NCBI GenBank assembly: GCA_036721445.1
Contig: DAIMKZ010000002.1
Coordinates: 1-52,521, forward strand
DNA from: Candidatus Delongbacteria bacterium
Lineage (GTDB): Bacteria > UBA4055
DNA length: 52,521 nucleotides
Reading direction: 5' to 3'
The notes under the pieces are model-generated. The model was not told where the DNA came from. It ran no database searches and saw only the letters and a program-made list of their open reading frames with translations. Within the stretch, counting starts at the first letter, position 1; every line of letters starts with the position of its first letter. Below, in pieces: positions 19,223-29,009 of this stretch. The position numbers were made by a program, and so were the translations under genes.

Positions 19223-20428
19223 TTACTTTATCTTCTCGAACACTGATTTTATGATCGCGATCGCCTTCTTCATTTCGGTCTTTGTAATTACCAGCGGCGG
19301 AGCGAATCTGATGATGTTGCCGTGCGTCTGCTTTGCCAGAAGGCCTGCATCTCTCAGTGCTATACATACATCCCATGCCTGGAAGTTTTTGGTGAACACG
19401 ACGGCATTGAGAAGTCCTTTACCTCTGACCTGAACGATCTTCTTGCACTTAATCTTGGCGACTTCGGTCCTGAAATACTCGCCGAGTTCCTGTACGCTTT
19501 TCTGAAGTTTCTTGTCCTCGAGAACTTCCAGAGCCGCGATAGCTACTGCTGACGCGATCGGGTATCCGCCGAATGTCGAGCCGTGTGTTCCGGGCGTGAA
19601 AACTTTCATTATCTTCTTGTCGGCGACTATAGCGGAAACAGGTATCACGCCTCCGCCCAGTGCTTTACCCAAAGTCATGATGTCGGGTCTTACTTTCTCG
19701 TGGTCGCAGGCGAATTTCTCACCTGTTCTCAAGAATCCGGTCTGAACTTCGTCAGCTATAAATAGAACTTTGTTCTTTGTACAGATATTTCTTACGGCTT
19801 TCAGGTAGCCTGCGTCCGGAACGTAGACTCCCGCCTCACCCTGGATCGGCTCGATAAGCACGGCGCAGGTGTTGGGAGTGATCGCCTTTTCAATTGCTTT
19901 GGCATCGTTGTATTTAACGATCTTGAACCCTTTTGCGTAAGGTCCGTAGTTCACTTTAGCGTCAGGATCAGTAGAGAAAGAAATTATCGTTGAAGTTCTT
20001 CCGTGGAAGTTGTCCTCACAGACAATAATTTCCTGCTTCTCGTTCTTTATCCCTTTTACTTCGACGCCCCATCTTCTGGCGCATTTTATCGCGGTCTCGA
20101 CGGCTTCGGCTCCGGTGTTCATCGGCAACGCCATCTCGTAGCCTGTGAATTCGCAAAGTTTCTTAAGGAATTTTCCCATTACGTCGTTGTGGAACGCTCT
20201 TGAGGTCAGAGTACACTTTCCGGCCTGATCGATCAGCGCTTTTATGATCTTCGGATGTCTGTGACCCTGATTTACAGCTGAATATGCAGAAAGAAAATCG
20301 AAGTATTCCTTACCTTCGGGATCTTTGACCATTACACCTTTAGCTTCTGCAATTACTACCGGCAGAGGATGATAGTTATGGGCTCCGTACTTTTCGTCAA
20401 GTTCGATTATCTGTTTCGTGCTTAGCAT
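19223..20428 (-). CDS. rocD: Ornithine--oxo-acid aminotransferase
   Basis: 401 aa. Hallmark N-terminus YGAHNYHPLPVV, LSAYSAVNQGHRHPKI, and the PLP-lysine region DEVQTGFLRTG...TLGKALGGG. Confidence 0.9.
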   Translation of the reverse strand: MLSTKQIIELDEKYGAHNYHPLPVVIAEAKGVMVKDPEGKEYFDFLSAYSAVNQGHRHPKIIKALIDQAGKCTLTSRAFHNDVMGKFLKKLCEFTGYEMALPMNTGAEAVETAIKCARRWGVEVKGIKNEKQEIIVCEDNFHGRTSTIISFSTDPDAKVNYGPYAKGFKIVKYNDAKAIEKAITPNTCAVLIEPIQGEAGVYVPDAGYLKAVRNICTKNKVLFIADEVQTGFLRTGEKFACDHEKVRPDIMTLGKALGGGVIPVSAIVADKKIMKVFTPGTHGSTFGGYPIASAVAIAALEVLEDKKLQKSVQELGEYFRTEVAKIKCKKIVQVRGKGLLNAVVFTKNFQAWDVCIALRDAGLLAKQTHGNIIRFAPPLVITKTEMKKAIAIIKSVFEKIK

Positions 20429-20535
20429 ATCCGTCTCCTATTTTATTTAATAATTGTTTTTTACACTTATTTCAAAAAGCCTTCTAAAGATAATGTTTTA
20501 AACCTTAAAGTCAAATAATATTTATACAAGGATTT

Positions 20536-21378
20536 TTACTTCAAATCGCGGATGATTATTCTGCCGTCAATATAATCGTATAGATATACAGCGCTATTAG
20601 TTAAGCATGAACTGCCGATATCTATATTTTCCGACTGAATTCCTGTATCGAACATTGATCTTCTGCCGTCACTTTGAATTTCAAGTACTGAGATATTATC
20701 ATCTTTCACGCACAAAATTCTTATCAGGTCATCTGATATATATAAATTGCCGTACTCTAAGTCGTCCTTAAATCCGACAGTATACCTCAGCTCGAGTTCT
20801 TTGTCATATTTTTCTATTCTTTTCCTCACCGGATTATAGACCGCGAGGCTGTCTTTGTACCTGAACAGCCCGTAATCTTCCTGCATAAGTCCGTGAAGCG
20901 GTTCGTCGTTCAGCTGTATCGTTTTAAGTATCATATTCGTGTCAGGATCGATCTTCTTCATGTAATAAAATCCCTCCTCCGCTTTCCGCGAGGTCACGTA
21001 TACTTGATTTTCCAAAACTGCGATCCTGTCTGGATTTTTTACTTTTAGAGTATCCTCTATCACACTGCCGGATGAAATGAATATCTCGTCGTAGGTGTTC
21101 GAATAATAAAGAGTGTCGTCCTCAATATCGAAATCCTGAAGAAAATCCCTGCCCTTTACTCTCAGATCAATGAAAAGCTCAAGTTTCCCGTCCTTGAGAA
21201 GATGCACAGACGACGTAGTAGCGTTGAGCACATACACCTGCCCGTCGATCTCCTTTATCATGTTGATATTGCCGAATGAGGAAGTGTCTATCGATCTCAC
21301 AGATGCAGTATTGTTGCATGAAATCAACATAAAAAGGAATACAGCTTCGCAAAATAATTTTATCATTATCCTGATCAT
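20536..21378 (-). CDS. Lipoprotein with propeller-like repeats, unknown function
   Basis: Lipobox FMLISCNN. Repeated strand-rich segments (QVYVLN, TLYYSN, QVYVTS, LAVYNP, NLYISD, AVYLYD). Start overlaps the SUMF1 stop by 4 nt. Confidence 0.5.
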   Translation of the reverse strand: MIRIMIKLFCEAVFLFMLISCNNTASVRSIDTSSFGNINMIKEIDGQVYVLNATTSSVHLLKDGKLELFIDLRVKGRDFLQDFDIEDDTLYYSNTYDEIFISSGSVIEDTLKVKNPDRIAVLENQVYVTSRKAEEGFYYMKKIDPDTNMILKTIQLNDEPLHGLMQEDYGLFRYKDSLAVYNPVRKRIEKYDKELELRYTVGFKDDLEYGNLYISDDLIRILCVKDDNISVLEIQSDGRRSMFDTGIQSENIDIGSSCLTNSAVYLYDYIDGRIIIRDLK

Positions 21379-22292
21379 TTTGTCCTTGCTAATCTGAAAC
21401 CGAACTGATCGGTATAATTATAAGTCTTATAAGGAAAGGCGCTCTGGCGGGAAGCTGATTTTAAAACATTATCCAAAACATCAGAGTTAAATCCTCCGCC
21501 TCGTATAATGCGTCGGCCGCCTACTAAAGAAACCGGTCCGCTCGGATCCGTTTCTTCTGTACCTGAATACTCCTCATAAAAATCCCATACCCATTCAAAG
21601 ACATTGCCGGACATATCGTAGTTACCGAGCCTACTTTTTCCGGAAGTATAACTCCCGACTACAGTGGTCGAACCTATGATATTTCCATAATTGCATAAAG
21701 TGTCGGCCGGAGCCGTTTCGCCCCAGGGATATGTTCTTTCATCGTTATACCTTGCGCCAAACTCCCATTCCGCTTCCGTCGGCAGTCTGTAACCTTTTGC
21801 GGAGAAATCGCATACTGCCTCATCCCATGCAGGATTAAAGTCATTCGGCATCAGAGATCCCCAATGCGCGGGATCAGTCGTTCCATTAATGGTATAACAG
21901 GGAGTCAGTCCCTCGGTCATACTTCTGAGATTGCAGTATTTTAAAATAAGATACCAGTTTACTCTATAAACCGGATAGTTGTCCCCGATCCCGTAACCGC
22001 CGGAAGGATTATCACCCATTATATCAGACCATTCTTTCTGAGTAACCTCATTTATACCCAACAGAAACTTACGCGTGATATTCACCGTATGGACAGGTTC
22101 TGCAACTCCTGTCTGCCCCATTTCAAAACTTCCCGGAGTCACGGCAATAAATCCCGAAGGCATTATCTCAATATAGTCGATCTGATCAAAATTGAATTCT
22201 GAATTCGGGGTCGCGTCATTGAATTCGATTATAAGATTCCCGGCCATACATATAAAAGGGAGAACTGCCACTAACATCAGAATTTTTTTCAT
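21375..22292 (-). CDS. Secreted SUMF1/FGE-sulfatase-domain (formylglycine-generating-enzyme fold) protein
   Basis: Signal peptide. Motifs GYRLPTEAEWEFGAR, YPWG, GNVFEWVWD and RIIRGGGF are diagnostic of the FGE-sulfatase fold. Confidence 0.8.
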   Translation of the reverse strand: MKKILMLVAVLPFICMAGNLIIEFNDATPNSEFNFDQIDYIEIMPSGFIAVTPGSFEMGQTGVAEPVHTVNITRKFLLGINEVTQKEWSDIMGDNPSGGYGIGDNYPVYRVNWYLILKYCNLRSMTEGLTPCYTINGTTDPAHWGSLMPNDFNPAWDEAVCDFSAKGYRLPTEAEWEFGARYNDERTYPWGETAPADTLCNYGNIIGSTTVVGSYTSGKSRLGNYDMSGNVFEWVWDFYEEYSGTEETDPSGPVSLVGGRRIIRGGGFNSDVLDNVLKSASRQSAFPYKTYNYTDQFGFRLARTK

Positions 22293-22299
22293 TTTTTCC

Positions 22300-22779
22300 T
22301 CAGTGTTTTATTAAAAGTCCGTTACGGGCCACGATGTGATAGAAATATTTATTTCCGGGAAGCAGATCATTGTCAATATAGCTGTCAGCGGCAGTACTGT
22401 CTATTTTGACAAATCCTGAATACGGATCGGTCTCCGAGCGGAATATCAGATAATCATCTGCTGACTCTACGGCATCCCAGTCAAGTGTGACAACAGTAGA
22501 ATCCGCCAGAACAGTCAGGTTCAGAGGAGCGGCAAGATAACCGTACCAGTCCGAGAATATAAGACGGTCAATATTTCCGGTGTTGATGCCAGTAATTTCT
22601 CCGTCAGGATCATAGATCTTGACACTTTCTTCTCCGCTATGATCAGTAAAAATCAATTTTGATATATTGTTTATTTCATAATCCTGAAAACTGCCGTCAG
22701 GGGTATGAACGCGGAGAATGTCCAGCCCGTATTGAACAGCCGTTACGAAAAAGATAAAGAGTAATAATTTAATGTTCAT
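22300..22779 (-). CDS. Small secreted protein with a C-terminal Fn3-like module
   Basis: The start at the internal ATG 22779 (MNIKLLLFIFFVTAVQYG signal peptide) avoids overlap with the divergent gene. Two short PDG...NI..LIF.D repeats, then VTLDWDAVESADDYLIFRSETDPYSGF...KYFYHIVARN. Confidence 0.55.
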   Translation of the reverse strand: MNIKLLLFIFFVTAVQYGLDILRVHTPDGSFQDYEINNISKLIFTDHSGEESVKIYDPDGEITGINTGNIDRLIFSDWYGYLAAPLNLTVLADSTVVTLDWDAVESADDYLIFRSETDPYSGFVKIDSTAADSYIDNDLLPGNKYFYHIVARNGLLIKH

Positions 22780-22921
22780 CTGTTTTTCCGTTATTTTCTT
22801 TGCGGTAATTATAAAAACACGATTAGTATAATAGTCTTCAAAATGTAATTTTGCAAGTATAATATTTTTGCTATTTCTTTTATTTTTATTTAATTTCGGT
22901 AAAAAATTCAGGAATGTTATT

Positions 22922-25441
22922 ATGAGAACACAGTTAGTAATTATTTTGGCCATGATCTTTACTTTGAGCGCGCAGTACACGACATCGAAGTACGACACTC
23001 TTTTCATCAAGTCATCGGCATCGTTCCACAACCATCAGAAATATGTCCAGCCCGCAAAGGATGAAATAATCGCCATCGGAGAGGACATTGTGCCGTTTCT
23101 GGTCGGAAACTGCTCTTCGAGACAGCCGAGGGAATATCACGCGCTTAGAGACCTTTTCTCTAAGATCGATCCGAAATATTCGGCAAGATATCTGAAAGAC
23201 GAGATCAGGCGAATGGATAAAGAAAGCTTCGGGACTGCCGTAGAATTTCTGGGTTTGTCGAAATATGATGAAGGACTTGAATTCCTCGAAGAGTTCCTGA
23301 ATACTGACTCTGCCTGGGTGAAAGCTGCCGCCATGAGAGGCATAGGTGACCTTAAAGACTCCCGTTCCGCAAAAGTGGTCAGTCCTTATAAGAATGATCC
23401 TGATTTTAAGATACGGTGGCAGGTCGCGGCCTGTTACGGGAAAATGAATACCGTCGAAGGTGATCGTGAGCTGGTTTCAATGCTTGAAGACTCGCTACAG
23501 CTGGTTTCGCATACTGCACTTCATTATCTCGACTCTCATATGAAAGCCGATACATTGAAACAGCGTATCAAAATCCTGGACAGAAGATCGGATTCTAAGC
23601 TGCTTAAACTCCTGAGGGATAAATATGTTGAGAATAAAGAGGCCGATCTCATTTCCGAAAGCGTCAAAGCAACAGCAGCCCCGGACTCAGTTAACGAATT
23701 TACGATCGGATCGCTGATATCGGAGAATTCGGTCATTTACACAGCACTCGAACAACTGTATATGGACAAAAGCGACCTCTTCTTTCCGGTAAAGACCGAC
23801 AAAGAGCTTTTCCTCTTCCCTACCATTGCCCAAATGTTCGTCGATCCTATGCTTCAGGTATCTGTACCTGAGAAAGTGAAAGATGATTACACCGAATTTC
23901 CGAAGATAGACTTTGCTTTTATTAACAAAGAATTCAATGCCGAAGACGTTACAGCCGAAGTAAAAAGTTTATCTCCGGATGAATTTATTAAAAGACATTC
24001 TGAAATCGTGAAGATGTTCGATGAGACCTGGGAGAAGTATCCCGATAAGAAACTTATCGTAAAAACAGTGCTTGAAAGATACATGAACGAAGCGGAGGAA
24101 GAAGCGGAGCCCGAAGAAAGTTCAGAGGATGACGATATTTCCGTGATGATAAAGAACAGACTTGACGAGAGAAGATATTATGCCGAAAGCAAAACATTTT
24201 ATAAAGAGACATTAAAAGAGATACAGCCGGATAAGGTGATCGAAGCGGGAGAACTTTCTTACGGTAATTTTCTTAACCTGATCGAATACCTGAAATCGAA
24301 CGACGCTAAGGAAAGTGTAAAGAACAGCGAGTACGGCAGAATAGCTTTCGGAGGAGCCGGAGACGATGTTTACGAAGGTGAATATTTCCTTATAATCGAC
24401 AAAGGCGGCAACGACACATACAGGCTGAATAACAAAAATCAGAGATTTTCTTACGTGATCGACCTCTCCGGCAACGACAGATACTTATCTGACGAGTTCG
24501 GACCAGCTTCAGCGTATAACGGGATCTCCTTCCTGTATGATGCATCCGGAGACGACATTTACGACTGCAAGAACTATTCTCTGGCTTCTTCCCTGTTCGG
24601 GTTCACGGTACTTCTCGACGCCGCAGGTAATGACAGGTATATGTCGCTGAAGCACTCTCAGGCCGCCGCGGACTTCGGGTACGCCTGCCTGTGGGACAAA
24701 AGCGGGAACGACGTTTATCTCGGTGAGGAAAAAGCCCAGGCATATTCCGGCGTGTCCGGGTTCGCCGTTCTTGCCGACGACAGCGGTAATGACAATTACA
24801 CTCTGTCAGGTAATCAGGTGGATGTTCTGCGCTACAGCGATCATTTCATTTCGATGGGACAGGGATATTCGTTCGGCGACCGGGACCACGCCGGCGGAGG
24901 ATACGCGTTCCTGTTCGACAGGCAGGGCAATGACAATTACATCTCCGACATATTCGGACAGGGCGGCGCCTACTGGCTCGCGTTCGGATGCCTGTACGAT
25001 TCCGCCGGCAACGACAACTATATCTCATACCAGTATTCGATAGGGTCGGGCGTGCACCTCGCCTTCGGTACGGTCATTGACCTAGAGGGGGACGACTCAT
25101 ATAAATCAAAAGGCGTTTCCATCGGCTGCGGGCACGATTATGCCGGCGGCATGTTCTTCGACCTGAAGGGAAATGACAGCTATCAGGCCGAATCGCTCTC
25201 CATAGGCGCCGGTAATGCGGACGCCGTCTCGATATTCTTCGACGGCTCCGGTGACGACCTGTACGCGGCGCACCAGCCTAACACGATCGGCTGGTCTGAC
25301 TGGCGCAGGGACGCAGGCTACATCAGCATTTTCCTCGATATGTCGGGTAATGACAAATACGGCACGAACTCGGGATCGAACGGGAAAAAGTGGTATCAGG
25401 GCACCTGGGGAGTCGGACTGGATACCGGTCAGGAAAAGTAA
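22922..25441 (+). CDS. Secreted HEAT-repeat protein with an acidic linker and a C-terminal 13-unit GNDxY repeat (beta-helix-like) domain
   Basis: ATG 22922 gives the signal peptide MRTQLVIILAMIFTLSAQ. HEAT/PBS-lyase-like units (VKAAAMRGIGDLKDSRS, IRWQVAACYGKMN). Acidic stretch EAEEEAEPEESSEDDD, followed by the repeats listed separately. Confidence 0.65.
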   Translation: MRTQLVIILAMIFTLSAQYTTSKYDTLFIKSSASFHNHQKYVQPAKDEIIAIGEDIVPFLVGNCSSRQPREYHALRDLFSKIDPKYSARYLKDEIRRMDKESFGTAVEFLGLSKYDEGLEFLEEFLNTDSAWVKAAAMRGIGDLKDSRSAKVVSPYKNDPDFKIRWQVAACYGKMNTVEGDRELVSMLEDSLQLVSHTALHYLDSHMKADTLKQRIKILDRRSDSKLLKLLRDKYVENKEADLISESVKATAAPDSVNEFTIGSLISENSVIYTALEQLYMDKSDLFFPVKTDKELFLFPTIAQMFVDPMLQVSVPEKVKDDYTEFPKIDFAFINKEFNAEDVTAEVKSLSPDEFIKRHSEIVKMFDETWEKYPDKKLIVKTVLERYMNEAEEEAEPEESSEDDDISVMIKNRLDERRYYAESKTFYKETLKEIQPDKVIEAGELSYGNFLNLIEYLKSNDAKESVKNSEYGRIAFGGAGDDVYEGEYFLIIDKGGNDTYRLNNKNQRFSYVIDLSGNDRYLSDEFGPASAYNGISFLYDASGDDIYDCKNYSLASSLFGFTVLLDAAGNDRYMSLKHSQAAADFGYACLWDKSGNDVYLGEEKAQAYSGVSGFAVLADDSGNDNYTLSGNQVDVLRYSDHFISMGQGYSFGDRDHAGGGYAFLFDRQGNDNYISDIFGQGGAYWLAFGCLYDSAGNDNYISYQYSIGSGVHLAFGTVIDLEGDDSYKSKGVSIGCGHDYAGGMFFDLKGNDSYQAESLSIGAGNADAVSIFFDGSGDDLYAAHQPNTIGWSDWRRDAGYISIFLDMSGNDKYGTNSGSNGKKWYQGTWGVGLDTGQEK
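24341..25429 (+). repeat. Protein-level array of 13 units, each about 26 aa, consensus [FY]xxLxDxxG(N/D)DxY...G.G
   Basis: GAGDDVY, GGNDTY, SGNDRY, SGDDIY, AGNDRY, SGNDVY, SGNDNY, QGNDNY, AGNDNY, EGDDSY, KGNDSY, SGDDLY and SGNDKY recur at roughly 22-47-aa spacing. The region is visibly G+C-rich. Confidence 0.7.
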
Positions 25442-25563
25442 TTCGTCCGTAAAAAATGCTGTTTCACAGAATATAAAAACGCTTTTCGTCAATATATCTC
25501 TTTCAATAACAGAATAAAAGAATTATATTTATCGCGCAGGAAAACAGAGAGAGCGGAGAAGCA

Positions 25564-26136
25564 TTGAAGATAGGCATATTCGGCAAATCGGGAAGCGGAA
25601 AGACAACGATAGCTCATTTCTTTACAGAGAAAGGTTTTCTGCATATCAACCTTGACAGGATCGGCAAAGAAGTTGTTTCCGTCTATCCGGAGATCACCGC
25701 CGAGATAATCTGCAAATTCGGAAAAGAATACGTAACGGAAGACGGTATCGACAGGGAAAAGCTCGGTACGCTCGTGTTCGGCGACCAGTCAGAACTTGAG
25801 AAACTCAACGGGATATTCTTCAAATACATCACAGCAGAAGCTGAAAAGGAGATGGCGTCCGCAGAGAACTGCATCGTGGAAGGGGCCGTCCTGTTCGAAT
25901 CGGGGCTCAGTATAAAAATGGATAAGATCATCTACGTAAAGACCGATAAGGCTACCGCCGTAGACAGAATATGCAGAAGAGAGAATATAAGCGCTGAAAA
26001 AGCCGGACTCAGAATAAACGCGCAGTCAAAGTACGACGAACTTGAGAAAAAAGTCGATTTCGTGATAGAAACGAACGACAGCGTTCCGGAGCTTGTGCGG
26101 AAAATAGAAGAACTTTTCAACGATCTGAAAATATAA
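25564..26136 (+). CDS. coaE: Dephospho-CoA kinase
   Basis: 190 aa with a TTG start after GGAGAAG. P-loop GKSGSGKTT and the family pattern FGKEYVTEDGIDREKLGTLVFGDQSELEKLNGI. Confidence 0.75.
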   Translation: MKIGIFGKSGSGKTTIAHFFTEKGFLHINLDRIGKEVVSVYPEITAEIICKFGKEYVTEDGIDREKLGTLVFGDQSELEKLNGIFFKYITAEAEKEMASAENCIVEGAVLFESGLSIKMDKIIYVKTDKATAVDRICRRENISAEKAGLRINAQSKYDELEKKVDFVIETNDSVPELVRKIEELFNDLKI

Positions 26137-26149
26137 ACGGACCAAAGTT

Positions 26150-27241
26150 ATGAGGATAACGATAAGGAAATCAATAATAATAGCAATAGCTATGATGATC
26201 ATGCTGGTCATAGCGGTTATGATACTTACACTGATGAGAATAGACAGGAAAGTGATCATTCCGGGCGCTTTCACATACAGGAACATTTCCCCCGTGGTCA
26301 TTGAAGAAAGCGGATTCGCCGCGGAGATCAGCAGCAGAGAGAATTCTGAGATCACTGCCGGCGATGTTATTATGACTCTTGCGAACACAGACCTTGACAT
26401 GGAGATCACCGATTCTGAGAACCGCATAACACTTTACAAACTGGAACTTGAAGAGATCCTTCAGCTGAAAGAACTGGACGTAAGCCTCAGTTCGTACGAT
26501 CTTACAAAACTTAAAGAAGAACTTAAGGTCAAGAAGGATGAGGAAAAATATTACAGGGAAGTACAGAACGACAAAGAAGACCTTTATGCGAAGAAAATAA
26601 TTTCGAAAGACGAGTATGAAGGTGCTAATATAGCCCTGAAACAGAAAGAGCTCGAAGTAAAATCTATACAGATCCAGCTTAACGAACTTAACAAGCAGCT
26701 TCAGAAACTGGACGCGTCTTCGTATCTTAACTATAAATTCAAGCAGAAAGAGCTGGAGATCGAAGAAAATAAACTGACGTACCTGAAGAAAAGATCGGAA
26801 GGACTGATCGTTAGAGCGAAAATGGACGGGAGACTGGTCGCGGATAAAATGGAAAACCGGCTCAACGAGTATTTCTCCAAAGGCGACAAGATCGGTGATG
26901 TAGTCTCATACGACAGGATCGATTTCATTGGTTACGCATCAGGTTCCGATATCGTTAGGATCAAAGAAGGTCAGGACGTTTATTTCAACGTAGATACTTT
27001 CAGGGGTAAGGACTTCATTCACGGAAAGGTCAAGAAAACAGGTCTCAAGTCCGATTCGTTCAACGGAGAGATATCTTTCCCGGTAGAGATCGAGGTCGTA
27101 AGTACGGAATTCTTCGACAGAGGCAGGAAACGCTTCATTCACGCGGGTGTTGTAGGCGAGGCTATCATAATCACCGAAGAAGACCTGCCGATACTCAGGA
27201 TACTATGGGAGCAGATGGTAAAATACGCGGACATTAACTAG
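26150..27241 (+). CDS. HlyD-family membrane-fusion (periplasmic adaptor) protein
   Basis: N-terminal TM, a lipoyl-like hairpin (GDVIMTLANTDLDMEI ... IVRAKMDGRLV), a long central coiled coil, and a C-terminal beta-barrel part. Confidence 0.75.
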   Translation: MRITIRKSIIIAIAMMIMLVIAVMILTLMRIDRKVIIPGAFTYRNISPVVIEESGFAAEISSRENSEITAGDVIMTLANTDLDMEITDSENRITLYKLELEEILQLKELDVSLSSYDLTKLKEELKVKKDEEKYYREVQNDKEDLYAKKIISKDEYEGANIALKQKELEVKSIQIQLNELNKQLQKLDASSYLNYKFKQKELEIEENKLTYLKKRSEGLIVRAKMDGRLVADKMENRLNEYFSKGDKIGDVVSYDRIDFIGYASGSDIVRIKEGQDVYFNVDTFRGKDFIHGKVKKTGLKSDSFNGEISFPVEIEVVSTEFFDRGRKRFIHAGVVGEAIIITEEDLPILRILWEQMVKYADIN

Positions 27242-27242
27242 A

Positions 27243-29009
27243 TTGAAGGACGTTCTTTATATATTCAGGTTCATTAAGCCTTACAAAACATCTCTGTTCA
27301 GCCTGATCATATTCCTGCTTTTCTACAATATTCTAAGCACTGCTCTTCCCTATCTGACTTTTACGGTCATACTGGACGATTTCCTGCCCAATCATGATTT
27401 CAAATCGATCAATTTCATCGTTGCCGTAATAATTCTTATCGTACTGATAATGGCTTTCATTGATTTCGTTGTAGGCTACATTATGTCGTATATGGGTTCG
27501 ATGATCACCTTCGATATAAGGAATTATCTGCTCAGGCATCTTCAGAGACTCTCGCTTAAATTCTATTCCGACAGACATTCCGGCGAGATACTGGAAAGAC
27601 TTAATATCGATGTCGCTGCGATCCAGAACATCCTGACTATCGAAATAATATCTCTTGTTACAAACGTATCGAAGTTCGTATTTATTACAGCAGCGATATT
27701 CTACCTTAACCCTATACTCGCGACGCCGATGTTCGTAATGATAATCATCCAGTCGACCTTCGTTTTCTTCGCCGTTAGAAGAATGCATAAGGACATCAAA
27801 GAGACAAGAGAGAAAGAATCGAAGCTCATCGGATATCTGCAGGAAAGGATCACGCTTATAAAAGTTATACAGGTATTCGTACAGAAAAAATACGAGGAGT
27901 TCATTCATTCTGTAAGGTCCGATAAGATAATAGATCAGGCGATGAACATAGCTTCGGTAAGAAGCCAGCTCCGTTCGGTCACAATGTTCTTGAGAAACTT
28001 CACTCCGCTTCTCGTCCTCTGGATAGGAAGCTACATGATCATTATCGACAGAATGAGCATAGGTGAACTGGTTACCATGTGGATGTATTCCGTACAGTAT
28101 ATCTGGCCGGTATTCAGTATAGTAATGGCTATCAACAGATTCCAGGAGAGCATCGTAGGAGTACAGAGGGTCAAGGCGTATCTGAACGAGAAGCCTGAAG
28201 TCGTCGAATCTCCAAATCCGATAAAGACCGCTGTAGTTAAGGGCGAGATCGAGTTCGAGAACGTCGATTTCAGCTACGAACCCAACAAGCAGGTAATTTT
28301 CGGTATGTCTTTTAAGATAAACGCGGGAGAAACGGTAGCTTTTGTCGGTGAGTCGGGAAGCGGGAAATCAACAATAACTAATCTTATATTCAGATTCTAC
28401 GATCCTACAGGCGGAAGGATACTTCTTGACGGCATACCGCTGACTGAATACAGCCTCAGACTTCTCAGAAGGAACATCGGGGTCGTATTCCAGGAGACAG
28501 ACATGTTCGTGGCGACCCTGAGGGAGAATCTGGCATACGGCGCGACAAGAAAAGTTACGGACGAGGAGATAATGAGCGCCGTCAGATCGACGCTTCTCGA
28601 AGAGCTCGTCAACAAGCTGCCTAACGGGCTTGATACGATGGTCGAAGAAAAAGGCAAGAACTTCTCCGGCGGAGAGAAGCAGAGAATATCCATCTGCAGG
28701 CTGATACTGAGGAATCCGAACATCGTCATCTTCGACGAGGCGACTTCAGCGCTTGATACGAGGTCCGAGATGATGATATCAGAAACGATGAAGAAAGTGA
28801 TGCAGAAGCCTACTTCAATTATAATAGCCCACAGGCTTTCCACGGTCGTCGAGGCCGACAGGATATTCGTGTTCAAAGCCGGCCGCATCATAGAAACCGG
28901 AAAGCACGAAGCTCTTTTCGCAGACCAGAAAAGCGAGTACAGAAGGCTGTGGAACGAGCAGCTTAAAAAAGGTAACCACAATAACGGGAGCGATGGAAAA
29001 AGAGCATAA
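27243..29009 (+). CDS. ABC exporter, fused permease/ATPase (type I exporter half-transporter)
   Basis: Six-helix TMD followed by an NBD: Walker A GESGSGKST, signature FSGGEKQR, Walker B IVIFDEATSALD, H-loop AHRLST. TTG start 1 nt after the HlyD stop. Confidence 0.9.
   Translation: MKDVLYIFRFIKPYKTSLFSLIIFLLFYNILSTALPYLTFTVILDDFLPNHDFKSINFIVAVIILIVLIMAFIDFVVGYIMSYMGSMITFDIRNYLLRHLQRLSLKFYSDRHSGEILERLNIDVAAIQNILTIEIISLVTNVSKFVFITAAIFYLNPILATPMFVMIIIQSTFVFFAVRRMHKDIKETREKESKLIGYLQERITLIKVIQVFVQKKYEEFIHSVRSDKIIDQAMNIASVRSQLRSVTMFLRNFTPLLVLWIGSYMIIIDRMSIGELVTMWMYSVQYIWPVFSIVMAINRFQESIVGVQRVKAYLNEKPEVVESPNPIKTAVVKGEIEFENVDFSYEPNKQVIFGMSFKINAGETVAFVGESGSGKSTITNLIFRFYDPTGGRILLDGIPLTEYSLRLLRRNIGVVFQETDMFVATLRENLAYGATRKVTDEEIMSAVRSTLLEELVNKLPNGLDTMVEEKGKNFSGGEKQRISICRLILRNPNIVIFDEATSALDTRSEMMISETMKKVMQKPTSIIIAHRLSTVVEADRIFVFKAGRIIETGKHEALFADQKSEYRRLWNEQLKKGNHNNGSDGKRA

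Noticed and set aside
22780-23031. Long 5' extension of the minus-strand Fn3 ORF, and the 18-codon extension of the plus-strand HEAT ORF (22868-22921)
   Set aside because: The two extensions overlap each other in the AT-rich divergent promoter region. The internal ATGs (22779 and 22922) each give clean signal peptides.
24341-25429. GNDxY repeats as classical RTX repeats
   Set aside because: The period is about 26 aa rather than 9, and the GGxGxDxUx nonapeptide is not tandemly iterated. Only the Gly-Asn-Asp turn is reminiscent.
24723-25517. Overlapping ORFs 24723-25043 (+), 24846-25028 (-), 25106-25492 (-) and 25215-25517 (+)
   Set aside because: All are alternative-frame or antisense shadows of the G+C-rich GNDxY repeat region. 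They are Arg/Thr/Pro-rich with low complexity and no start context.
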